50,986 bases of DNA from Patescibacteria group bacterium (GTDB lineage: Bacteria; Patescibacteriota; Patescibacteriia; Patescibacteriales; UBA12075): positions 1 through 50,986 of the forward strand of contig JAYENK010000014.1 of the NCBI GenBank assembly GCA_034722035.1, written 5' to 3'. The notes under the pieces are model-generated. The model saw only the letters and a list, made by a program, of their open reading frames with translations. It was not told the DNA's origin and did not search any database. Below, piece by piece: positions 35,046 to 43,322 of the stretch (within the stretch, counting starts at the first letter, position 1; every line of letters starts with the position of its first letter). The position numbers and the translations under genes are program-made.

Positions 35046-36827
35046 ATGAAATTATATAAAACTTTTTTTCTATTATTTATATTTATTGCTTTGCCAGTAG
35101 TTGCAGCCACAAACGATTTGATTTTCAGTGAAGATATAACTGTTTCAGGCATCACTCTAGGCTCAGGCACAACTAACATGACTGTGTTTGCCAGTTCCTC
35201 TGCTGAAAGTTTTGATATAGCCAGCGGGGTATTTACGATAACCAATCCTGGGAGTTCGTTTAATGCTGGCTCTGCTAATGCTAGCGTGGGAATTATTATA
35301 ATATTAAAAAGTGGAGCAATGGAGAGTTGCACTGCTAATACTGTACCAGGAACTAGTTCAACAACACTACCAACAGCTAGTGGAGTTTATACAATAAGAC
35401 CGTTAGAGGCTACTAGTTGTAGCGGCTTATGTTCTTCTCTTACAGGTGCGGCAACATATAATGCCTACCCAACTTGCGGAGCGTCGACATGCAGTTCCGG
35501 ATACACCCTCTCAGGATCAGGTTCTAGCGCCACTTGTAGTGTGCAATCATCTGGAGGCGGAGGTGGTGGAAGTTATATTCCTCCATCAACCACAGCTGAT
35601 CAAGATGAAAATATTTCAACTATTCAATCATTTGTGACTTCTTCAGATGGAACTAGTCTTTCAAGCGAGACAAAAACAACTAAATCAGATAGTGGTGTTG
35701 TAGAAAAAGTTGAAATTGAAACAACAATTACCGCCTCAGAGGATGTGGCAGATACTCAGACCGTTAAGCTGGATTCGAGCGAAACCGCAGATGTAAAAGA
35801 AATAAAACTAGAAATGGAAAAAGAGATTATAAAAGAAATCATTGGCACTTCAACAAATAAAGAAATAAAAGTAAATATTATTAGCCAAGAAGCTACAACT
35901 GTTCAAAAAAATATTACCGCAAGGGGTGGTAAATTTTTGCTTGGATATGATATCTTTAGCATTGATATACAGACAGGCAAGAATAAAATAAATAAGTTTG
36001 TAAATCCACTAAAATTAACATTTGATATTAGCAATATTGCTGATAAATCTGATTTGAAAATATATTATTTTGACGAGTTAACTAATAAATGGGAAATAGC
36101 AGGAAATGGCGGAGTGATTGCAGGAGATAATATTATTGTGGAAGTATACCATCTAACTGATTTTAGTTTGATGAAAGACGTGGAAGAAGATATTGAAGTA
36201 GACGTAAATGAATTTATTGATAGAGAGAAGCAAATGCTACAAATTGAAGATGATGCAAATGCTGTGTTTATAAGTGGAATTGATTTGAATACAATACTTA
36301 TTCATAATAATGTAGAAAAAGATACAGAAATGCAATCAAAGGGTATGAATAAATATATTCCAGAGTTAAAAGAAAATATTTCAGGACTTACTATGAATAA
36401 TATTTATGCCATAAATAATTTTATTATGTATGGATCTATTACAACCGAAAAGCTGGGAGCGGGCGAGAGAGCGGGGGTTGTTAATTCTTATAAAAAAGCA
36501 TTTGGCAAATTGCCACTTACCAAAGAAGAGTGGAAAGATTGCATAGCTATTGGAAATGGCCGCTGGCCTAGAGAAACTAGCACAACAGCTGAAGCAACAG
36601 CAAGCGAAGAATTTAAGAAAATATATTTGCGCGATGCAAACATGGATAATCCGAATGACAACGCCGCAGTAACAATAATTTCATATGGACTTCGTCCATC
36701 TGACAGAAATACAGAATCAGAAAGAGCAGGTATTAATATTTTTAAGGGAATATATAAATATAATCCTACGTTAGCATTAGATTGGGATATTGTGAGGGCG
36801 ATTAGTTATTCAGGGGCGACTAGGTAG
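35046..36827 (+). CDS. Secreted hypothetical protein (signal peptide, Cys-rich segment, poly-Gly linker, acidic region, conserved-looking C-terminal domain)
   Basis: 593 aa. The signal peptide is MKLYKTFFLLFIFIALPVVAA. A CSGLCSS..CGASTCSSGY..CS segment precedes GGGGGG. It lies 20 nt after the upstream gene on the same strand. Confidence 0.75.
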   Translation: MKLYKTFFLLFIFIALPVVAATNDLIFSEDITVSGITLGSGTTNMTVFASSSAESFDIASGVFTITNPGSSFNAGSANASVGIIIILKSGAMESCTANTVPGTSSTTLPTASGVYTIRPLEATSCSGLCSSLTGAATYNAYPTCGASTCSSGYTLSGSGSSATCSVQSSGGGGGGSYIPPSTTADQDENISTIQSFVTSSDGTSLSSETKTTKSDSGVVEKVEIETTITASEDVADTQTVKLDSSETADVKEIKLEMEKEIIKEIIGTSTNKEIKVNIISQEATTVQKNITARGGKFLLGYDIFSIDIQTGKNKINKFVNPLKLTFDISNIADKSDLKIYYFDELTNKWEIAGNGGVIAGDNIIVEVYHLTDFSLMKDVEEDIEVDVNEFIDREKQMLQIEDDANAVFISGIDLNTILIHNNVEKDTEMQSKGMNKYIPELKENISGLTMNNIYAINNFIMYGSITTEKLGAGERAGVVNSYKKAFGKLPLTKEEWKDCIAIGNGRWPRETSTTAEATASEEFKKIYLRDANMDNPNDNAAVTIISYGLRPSDRNTESERAGINIFKGIYKYNPTLALDWDIVRAISYSGATR

Positions 36828-36857
36828 AATTTATTTTTGAGAAATTTTTTTATATTG

Positions 36858-36930
36858 TGCTCCCAGATGGAATTGAACCATCGACCCCCACGTTATAAGC
36901 GTGGTGCTCTAACCCCTGAGCTATGGGAGC
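36858..36930 (-). tRNA. tRNA with anticodon TAT (tRNA-Ile, AUA-reading)
   Basis: The reverse complement GCTCCCATAGCTCAGGGGTTAGAGCACCACGCTTATAACGTGGGGGTCGATGGTTCAATTCCATCTGGGAGCA gives a clean cloverleaf. The anticodon stem is CCACG/CGTGG and the loop is CTTATAA, so the anticodon is UAU. Confidence 0.85.
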
Positions 36931-36977
36931 TGACGAATATTATAATAGCAAGATAATCAAAAAAACTCAATATTTAT

Positions 36978-37021
36978 AAAATAGCACATTCTATGGAATA
37001 TTCTATAGAATGTGCTATTTT
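36978..37021. terminator. Near-perfect palindromic hairpin between nrnA and the tRNA
   Basis: ATAGCACATTCTAT (36981-36994) and ATAGAATGTGCTAT (37005-37018) form a perfect 14-bp stem, extendable, flanked by A/T runs. Confidence 0.6.
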
Positions 37022-37033
37022 ATAATAAATTTT

Positions 37034-38182
37034 TTATATTGATAATTTATTTAACTCAAGTTTAATTTTTTCGATTATTTCTTTTTCAGAATTATTAATA
37101 CCTTGTTTTATTTTAATTTTAGCTAATTGTTTGGTTCCGCCGGGCTTATATTCCTTTACCAGATTAAGCGAATTTACGGTTTTGGTAGAGTAGATTAAAA
37201 TTTCAGATTCTTTGTTTTTTTTCCTAGTTGTTTCGTAGATAAGAACAATGATTTTGGCATCAGGAATATTTATCATGAGTTCGTCAATAACATCGTTTAG
37301 ATCATTTTTGTCGGTGTTGGTTTTTTGAAAATCAGTTTCAGCCAGCACACTCCAGATCAATTTATTATTCATTTCACTTTTGAGGCGGGCCAAGATTCGC
37401 CCCCAGAGCTTAAGAATATTGATTGAGCGGGAGCGATAGAGTCGATTAACGATTTCTTGCCGGCGTCCACCTATTGCAACCAGCTGAGAAGAGGCGGAAA
37501 GCGCTTGCGGAGTAACATTTTGCGTTTTAAAGCTTCTGGTTTTGGAAATAATACCGGCAAGCAGGCAAGTGGCAATGTCTTCGTCAATTAAATCACGGGA
37601 GATGTTGGTAAACAAATTGAATAATATTTCCGCGCTGGAAACAGCCGTGAGCTCAATTAGATTGATTTGTCCGTAGCTTTCGTTATTGGGATGATGATCG
37701 ATATTAATCAATGGCACCTGGTAAAAGAATTCAGTGTCATTGTCGTAAATTGCGCCCAGAGCTTCTAAGTCCGGCGTATCAATCGTGATGATCAGATTAT
37801 ATTTAAATTCGCCGGAATGGGTTTTAACGTCGTCGGAACTAAAGAAGCCTCCTTTGGGGGAAATAATAAAATTTAATTTGTCGTTTTTTATTTTGTATTT
37901 AATTTGTCTGACCTGTGTATTTGTTATATCCACTGAAACAATAAATTTGCGCAGGTTATTCAATGAATTTTGAATCAAGTCAAAACTTGGTAAGAAATTA
38001 TAGCTCGTGCTTTCATCAAAACATTCGGCCGCGATAGTGGCGTTTTTGTCCATTTTTTTTAGAAGCAAATAAAAAGCCAAAGAAGACGCAATCGCGTCCC
38101 CATTCCAGGTTTTTTTGAAAGTGATTAAAATATTATTCGCTTTTTTAATTTGTTTTAAAATTTGCTGATCTAGGTTTAACAT
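37034..38182 (-). CDS. nrnA: DHH/DHHA1 family phosphoesterase (NrnA-like oligoribonuclease/pAp phosphatase)
   Basis: NGDAIASSLAF (DxD region), the IDHH motif (NIDHHPNN) and GGRRQ.. in the C-terminal DHHA1-like part. 382 aa. Confidence 0.8.
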   Translation of the reverse strand: MLNLDQQILKQIKKANNILITFKKTWNGDAIASSLAFYLLLKKMDKNATIAAECFDESTSYNFLPSFDLIQNSLNNLRKFIVSVDITNTQVRQIKYKIKNDKLNFIISPKGGFFSSDDVKTHSGEFKYNLIITIDTPDLEALGAIYDNDTEFFYQVPLINIDHHPNNESYGQINLIELTAVSSAEILFNLFTNISRDLIDEDIATCLLAGIISKTRSFKTQNVTPQALSASSQLVAIGGRRQEIVNRLYRSRSINILKLWGRILARLKSEMNNKLIWSVLAETDFQKTNTDKNDLNDVIDELMINIPDAKIIVLIYETTRKKNKESEILIYSTKTVNSLNLVKEYKPGGTKQLAKIKIKQGINNSEKEIIEKIKLELNKLSI

Positions 38183-38317
38183 AATTACTCAATATATATT
38201 AATAATGTACTAGTGTCAAGGATAAAATGCAATATATGACAGTAAAAAGTTTTCTTGCCAAAATTAGCTAATAATGATAATGTTTTAGCAGAATAAGTTT
38301 AGAATTAGGATAAAAAA

Positions 38318-39259
38318 ATGATTAATAATTTGTCGAATATTAGTAAAAAGGAGGCGAGTATTTTAAAAACACTCGTCTTTTTTGATATGTTTGATTTTCC
38401 TCTTACTGCTTTTGAGTTGTGGCAATATTCATGTATAGAGTGTGATTTAGGTGAATTAATCGCTGTTTTGGATAATTCAGAGTATTTAAAAAGGAAGATA
38501 AGCGTAAAAAATATTTTTTATTGTCTAAGGGATCGAGAAGAAATAATTTCGATTCGTTTGGCGCGTTATCATTCAAGCGCGCGCAAATTTAAAAAAGCCA
38601 AGAGTTTTATTTATTTATTTCGTTTGTTTCCCTGGATAGAAATGATCGCTATGGCAAATGTAATCGGAGCAGACAATTTGCGTGATGAGAGCGATATCGA
38701 TTTGTTTATAATTACTTCATCAAAGCGAATCTGGATTACACGATTTTTTTGCATTTTGATTACAAAATTATTTAATGCCAGACCGAAGCCGGGCAAGAAG
38801 AGGGATAAGATTTGTTTAAGTTTTTATGTTGCTCGTGACGGCTTAAATTTAAAAAATTTGATGCTTGCGGATGATGTTTATTTTAAACATTGGTTAATAT
38901 CACTGATGCCGTTACTGGATAGAAAAAATACTTATAAAAAATTTATTAAGAAAAATTTTTGGATCAAAAAAGATTTTCCGAACTGGGAAGAGGTGAAAAC
39001 AGTTGAGAATAGGAAAATAAAAAATATAAAAAATATTATATATTTAGAGATATTTGATTTGTTTTTTGGTGGGCTTGATCAAACGGTAAAAAAATTGCAA
39101 CTAAAATTGTTAGCGCCGGAATTAAAAAAGAAATTAAATAAAGACACCAGCGTTGTTATGAGTGACCAAGTTTTAAAAATGTATTCAAATGACAGGAGAG
39201 AAAGTTATAAAAAAAGATATAACAATAAGTTGAAAGTTTATAAAGTTGAAAGTTTATAA
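38318..39259 (+). CDS. Hypothetical protein with a possible nucleotidyltransferase-fold core
   Basis: 313 aa. MANVIGADNLRDESDIDLFIITS resembles the G[SA]....(D/E)SD(I/L)DL motif of Pol-beta-type nucleotidyltransferases. Otherwise unassigned. Confidence 0.5.
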   Translation: MINNLSNISKKEASILKTLVFFDMFDFPLTAFELWQYSCIECDLGELIAVLDNSEYLKRKISVKNIFYCLRDREEIISIRLARYHSSARKFKKAKSFIYLFRLFPWIEMIAMANVIGADNLRDESDIDLFIITSSKRIWITRFFCILITKLFNARPKPGKKRDKICLSFYVARDGLNLKNLMLADDVYFKHWLISLMPLLDRKNTYKKFIKKNFWIKKDFPNWEEVKTVENRKIKNIKNIIYLEIFDLFFGGLDQTVKKLQLKLLAPELKKKLNKDTSVVMSDQVLKMYSNDRRESYKKRYNNKLKVYKVESL

Positions 39260-39266
39260 AGATTGC

Positions 39267-40574
39267 ATGAAAGATAATATAAAAAAAATTATAGAATATG
39301 GTATATATCTTCTTGTATTTATTTTGCCCTTGCAGACGCGTTGGATTTTTTCCCCTGGAGAGTTTAATGGCGGTTACAGCGAATACTTTACCTATAGTTT
39401 ATATGGTTTTGATATTTTGTTGTTTATTTTGATTGGCTTAGAGGGCACAAGTATTATAATAAATAAAAAAGACAAGACAATCAAAGCACCGGTATTGTGG
39501 ATTTTATTGGGAATATTTGAGTTTATTTGTTTTATTTCGATTTTTTTCGCGCTTGATCGTACTTTGGCTGTTTTTGTTTATGTTCGACTTCTTTTTGTTT
39601 TTGGTTTTTTCTTTGTGATTATCAAAAGCAAGTATGATAAAAATAAAATATTTTTGAGTTTTATCGCCAGTGCTTTTTTTCAATCATTATTTGTTGTTTG
39701 GCAATTTGTTACTCAGTCCGGTTTTGCGAATAAATGGCTGGGTCTAGCTAAGCATGATCCGGCCGAGCTTGGTGTGTCTGTTGTAGAAGCTGTGGGCGCT
39801 AGCGGACACTCTGAGCGTTGGCTCCGTGCTTATGGCTCGCTTGATCATCCTAATATGCTGGGTGGATTCTTAGCACTTGCCTTAATTTTGATAATGTTTT
39901 ATCGGATAAAACAAAACAAGAAAGTTCATTTATTTTTTATTTTTGCTTATGTTGTAATCGGATTTGCTTTGGTTTTTTCTTTTTCTCGTTCGGCCTGGCT
40001 TGGTCTTCTACTTGGCCTCTTGATAATTGCGTTAATTTCGATTAAGCGCCGAGCCTTGCAAGCGCAGAAAATTATTGCTCAATCGATTCTGATGATTAGT
40101 GTGATATTTTTTGCCTTATTTTTAATCTATCCGAATCTTTTTATGACAAGAGTTAGCGCGGACAGTCGTTTGGAAAATATTTCAAAAGAGGAGCGAATAA
40201 GCGCGATTGATACGGCGCAGAAAATTAGTCAAGAATATTCCGCCATTGGCACCGGTATTGGTAACTATACCAAGGCTCAGGCGGAAATAAAGAAATTACA
40301 GTATTCTTATAAATTGCAGCCAGTGCATAATGTTTTTTTATTGATAAGAAGTGAGACCGGGATATTTGGAATTTTGGTATTTTTAGTAATTTTGCTCTAT
40401 TATTTACAAATTATTATCAAATCAAAGGAAAATATATATTTGATTGGGGGATTTATATTAATTTTGATTATATTTATGTTTGACCATTGGCTTTGGTCAT
40501 TGCATTTTGGGCTCATGTTATTAGCTTTTATTAGTGGAGGAGTAATAAAATTAATTTATAGTAAAGAATTTTAA
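39267..40574 (+). CDS. O-antigen ligase/polymerase-like (Wzy_C) polytopic membrane protein. The track start is TTG at 39246; ATG 39267 is preferred.
   Basis: About 10-12 predicted TM segments. FSFSRSAWLGLLLGLLI matches the SR.AWLG motif region of O-antigen ligase family proteins. Confidence 0.7.
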   Translation: MKDNIKKIIEYGIYLLVFILPLQTRWIFSPGEFNGGYSEYFTYSLYGFDILLFILIGLEGTSIIINKKDKTIKAPVLWILLGIFEFICFISIFFALDRTLAVFVYVRLLFVFGFFFVIIKSKYDKNKIFLSFIASAFFQSLFVVWQFVTQSGFANKWLGLAKHDPAELGVSVVEAVGASGHSERWLRAYGSLDHPNMLGGFLALALILIMFYRIKQNKKVHLFFIFAYVVIGFALVFSFSRSAWLGLLLGLLIIALISIKRRALQAQKIIAQSILMISVIFFALFLIYPNLFMTRVSADSRLENISKEERISAIDTAQKISQEYSAIGTGIGNYTKAQAEIKKLQYSYKLQPVHNVFLLIRSETGIFGILVFLVILLYYLQIIIKSKENIYLIGGFILILIIFMFDHWLWSLHFGLMLLAFISGGVIKLIYSKEF

Positions 40575-40586
40575 GCTTGGTTTATA

Positions 40587-40664
40587 ATTATTCGCATGTG
40601 CCCTATTTAGCTTGTCCTGAGCGGAGCCGAAGGATAGAGGGGCTCACGCGAAGCGTGATAACAC
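40587..40664 (-). repeat. Dispersed repeat copy U3 (with a 28-nt internal insertion)
   Basis: The reverse complement GTGTTATCACGCTTCGCGTGAGCCCCTCT[ATCCTTCGGCTCCGCTCAGGACAAGCT]AAATAGGGCACATGCGAATAAT aligns with U1 on both sides of the bracketed insertion. Confidence 0.75.
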
Positions 40665-40725
40665 TAATATTGCAAAAAATTTTACTCTTTTTGTGACAAT
40701 AAAGTAATATAATTAATTTTAATAT

Positions 40726-40805
40726 ATTATAATATAATATAGATAATTATAATATAATATAGATAATTATAATATAATATAGATAATTATAATATAATAT
40801 GATTA
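40726..40805. repeat. Tandem repeat, 20-nt unit AGATAATTATAATATAATAT x3 plus partial copies
   Basis: Identical units lie at 40741-40760, 40761-40780 and 40781-40800, flanked by partial copies. Each unit contains TATAAT. Confidence 0.85.
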
Positions 40806-40862
40806 ATAATAATAGTGTATTATAGTATTTAGTTAAATATAGAGAATTGTGGATAACAAAGC

Positions 40863-40892
40863 TTGACAATAGACGACAAAATAGTTTATAAT
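40863..40892 (+). promoter_or_regulatory. Candidate promoter of the HTH-FN3-giant protein operon
   Basis: TTGACA (40863-40868), 18 nt, TATAAT (40887-40892), with a second TATAAT at 40893-40898. It is followed by ATCCCCATG, as at the promoter of the 48381 gene. Confidence 0.45.
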
Positions 40893-40912
40893 TATAATAT
40901 CATCCCCATGAT

Positions 40913-40973
40913 GTAATCCGAAAAAATAGCCTCGACGTTCTATTCTTTGAGAATGTCGAGGTTTCGGCATTAC
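40913..40973 (+). promoter_or_regulatory. Two-tier hairpin in the putative 5' leader of the 41100 operon
   Basis: The outer stem is GTAATCCGAAA/TTTCGG(C)ATTAC (11 bp, one bulge). The inner stem is CCTCGACGTTC/GAATGTCGAGG (11 bp) with a 10-nt loop. Confidence 0.4.
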
Positions 40974-41066
40974 TTTGCTTTAATTTATAATAAACAAAAA
41001 ATAAAAATTAAATTTTGCATCCCTTTTAACATTACATTGTCAGGACATGTGAATAGTTGGATAAAT

Positions 41067-41117
41067 AATTATTCGTATGTCCCACATTTGTAGTGTGGGT
41101 TGGCGAAGTCAATAACA
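41067..41117 (-). repeat. Dispersed repeat copy U4, overlapping the start of the HTH gene
   Basis: On the plus strand, AATTATTCGTATGTCCCACATTTGTAGTGTGGGTTGGCGAAGTCAATAACA aligns with the plus strand of U2, GGTATTCGCATGTCTCGTATTCGTAGTGCGGGTCAGCGAAGTTGATAACA. The upstream GGACATGTGAATA (41044) forms an inverted repeat with its TATTCGTATGTCC. Confidence 0.7.
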
Positions 41118-41294
41118 GTGTTTAGATCAGACGACATTTTAACCCCAAAGGAAGTCGCAAAGATGCTTAAAGTTAGCACGCGCACAGTTTACCGCTGGAT
41201 TGACAGTGGTGATCTTAAAGTTGCCCGGATCGGTCGCAAGACCTACCGGGTTTTTGAGTCTGATCTAAAAAAGTTTATTAGGAAGTTTATGTAG
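41100..41294 (+). CDS. Excisionase-family (MerR-like) helix-turn-helix DNA-binding protein. TTG start in the track; the start is uncertain.
   Basis: LTPKEVAKMLKVSTRTVYRWIDSGDLKVARIGRKTYRVFESDLKKFI is the typical excisionase-family DNA-binding domain pattern (L...E.A..L.VS..T.YR....G.L......G....R....L..F). Confidence 0.75.
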   Translation: MAKSITVFRSDDILTPKEVAKMLKVSTRTVYRWIDSGDLKVARIGRKTYRVFESDLKKFIRKFM

Positions 41295-41297
41295 TTT

Positions 41298-43223
41298 ATG
41301 TTGAATATAAATAAATTAAAAATTAAATTTATAATATGGCTACTGCTTGTAGTAATGTTTGTGCCGATAAATTTGAGCTGGGCGGCGATGCGTAGCAATT
41401 CTTATATTATTTATGAAAATATTCATCATAGCTTTGATGGGCCGGTAATCAGCGATGTGAGTGCGAGTGTAAGTGAGCAGAGCGCGACTGTTACTTGGAA
41501 TACGGATATTATTGCTGACGCTTATGTAATTTATTCGACTGAGGCGAGTTTTGCTACCAGCTATGAACAAGGTTCGAGCGTGAAAAGTGCAATTGCGCAT
41601 AGTGTTATTGTGAGTGGGCTTGATCCGAGTCAGACATATTATTATCGTGTACGCAGTGAACGGATTAATGGTGGTGTTACGACCGATACGACCGAGCGTA
41701 CTTTTATGACCGAAGCGGAAGCTGTAAGCCCGGAAACTCCGAGTAGTGGCGGTGGGGGAATATTGATTATTGACAAGACTGACAAAATTCCGCCGGAGAT
41801 AAGCAACATAAATATTAGTGATATTGGCGCTCAGACGATTAGCGTGGAATGGGAGACGAATGAAGAGGCAACTAGCTTTGTTGAGTATGGTGAGGGGGAT
41901 GCTTATGGCAATGTTTATGGTGAATGGGGGACTTCGACTGAACATAGTGTGAATCTAGAAAGATTAAAGCCGGCAACCGCTTATAGCTTTCGGGTATTAT
42001 CGAGTGATAGCTGGGGTAATATTGCTTATTCGGATAAGCAAAGTTTTGTTACTTTGACGGCTAGCGGTGAAGAAGTAATTCCGGAAGATGAGCCGGAAGA
42101 AGAAGATGAGCTGGTACTACCGGCGGAAGGACTGGCAGAATTAACACAGAACGTGATTGATTTTCTTTTGCGTCTGTTTCCGGATTTGAATCTGGAAGAT
42201 TTAGTAAATATTAATAATATTAATGAACTGTCAGACTATATGGATACGCCAAATGTAATTGGTGAACCAATAATAGATGTAAGCGCGGATGAAGTGACAA
42301 TAAGCTGGCAAACTGATATTGAATCTAACTCTATGGTCGCGATCGCACCGAATAGCGCTTATAACACCGAGGAAGATGACCCTTATCAGCAAGTGATTGG
42401 TAATTCGAATGAGTATGTGACTAATCATGAATTAACATTATATGGTTTAATACCGGACACAAGCTATCATTTGCAGATTCGAAGTGCCGCTCCTTTGGGG
42501 CCGGGCGCAGAGTCGTCTGATTATACTTTTCGTACCAGCCAGGAAGAGTTGCAGATACTTAGTTATTTGACACAGATTGTGGATAATGAAACGGCTTCTT
42601 TCAAATGGACTACGAACAAGGAAGCAGACTCTTCTGTCACGTTTACGCCGTATTTTGAAGGAGTGCTTGGCTTGGATCAACAAAAAACAATCAAGAATAA
42701 TAATGTTTCCGTGGTACATGAAATATTGATCGATGAATTTGTGGGTGGAACATTCTATGAGGTGGAAATACTTAGTACCGATAATCGGGGCAATGAAGCG
42801 CGCAAAATAATTACACAATTTTCTACTACTGAAAATGATTTAGCTCCGATAATTTCACATGTCAAAGCCGACTCGACTGTATTTGTGGATCGGAGCGATC
42901 AGATTCAGACAATTATATCTTGGTTGACTAATGAGCCGGCTACTTCCCAGGTGTATTATCAAGAGGGAGTTCATAGCGCGACCACTAAATTGACAGAATC
43001 AACCAGCCATAACACCAATTATACCCGCGAACATATGGTGGTGGTATCTAAGTTTAAGCCCGGCTTGGTTTATAGCTTCCGGGTTGAAAGTGTGGACTCT
43101 GGTGGAAATACTGTTATATCTAAACTGCATACATTTATGACTGCCAAGAAAAAAGAATCTATCATTACTGTAATTATGAATATTTTAGAAAACACTTTTG
43201 GATGGATGAAAAAATTAATGTAA
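41298..43223 (+). CDS. Secreted protein with five fibronectin type III-like (purple-acid-phosphatase-N-like) repeats
   Basis: 641 aa with a signal peptide. Five ~95-aa repeats each have ..A.V.W.T.E.A.S.V.Y......Y..........H.V.L.GL.P.T.Y.YRV.S.D..GN......F.T (e.g. SATVTWNTD..YYYRVRS, ISVEWETNE..YSFRVLSSDSWGN, VTISWQTDI..YHLQIRS, ASFKWTTNK..YEVEILSTDNRGN, IISWLTNEP..YSFRVESVDSGGN). Confidence 0.8.
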   Translation: MLNINKLKIKFIIWLLLVVMFVPINLSWAAMRSNSYIIYENIHHSFDGPVISDVSASVSEQSATVTWNTDIIADAYVIYSTEASFATSYEQGSSVKSAIAHSVIVSGLDPSQTYYYRVRSERINGGVTTDTTERTFMTEAEAVSPETPSSGGGGILIIDKTDKIPPEISNINISDIGAQTISVEWETNEEATSFVEYGEGDAYGNVYGEWGTSTEHSVNLERLKPATAYSFRVLSSDSWGNIAYSDKQSFVTLTASGEEVIPEDEPEEEDELVLPAEGLAELTQNVIDFLLRLFPDLNLEDLVNINNINELSDYMDTPNVIGEPIIDVSADEVTISWQTDIESNSMVAIAPNSAYNTEEDDPYQQVIGNSNEYVTNHELTLYGLIPDTSYHLQIRSAAPLGPGAESSDYTFRTSQEELQILSYLTQIVDNETASFKWTTNKEADSSVTFTPYFEGVLGLDQQKTIKNNNVSVVHEILIDEFVGGTFYEVEILSTDNRGNEARKIITQFSTTENDLAPIISHVKADSTVFVDRSDQIQTIISWLTNEPATSQVYYQEGVHSATTKLTESTSHNTNYTREHMVVVSKFKPGLVYSFRVESVDSGGNTVISKLHTFMTAKKKESIITVIMNILENTFGWMKKLM

Positions 43224-43224
43224 C

Positions 43225-43297
43225 CCTCTTTGTCATCCCGGATTTTTTTATTGGAGCGAAGCGACAAGATTAAAAAATATCCGGGATGATAAAGAGG
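43225..43297 (+). promoter_or_regulatory. Very stable ~24-bp stem hairpin between the FN3 gene and the giant gene
   Basis: CCTCTTTGTCATCCCGGATTTTTTT (43225-43249) pairs with AAAAAATATCCGGGATGATAAAGAGG (43272-43297), with one mismatch and one G-T pair. The 22-nt loop contains GGAGCGAAGCGAC. There is no T-run afterwards. Confidence 0.7.
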
Positions 43298-43322
43298 AGA
43301 AAATAAAGTTGAAAATTATAAA

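Noticed and set aside
40726-40805. CRISPR array.
   Set aside because: The 20-nt units are directly abutting tandem repeats with no unique spacers, and no cas genes are present. This is a simple AT-rich minisatellite.
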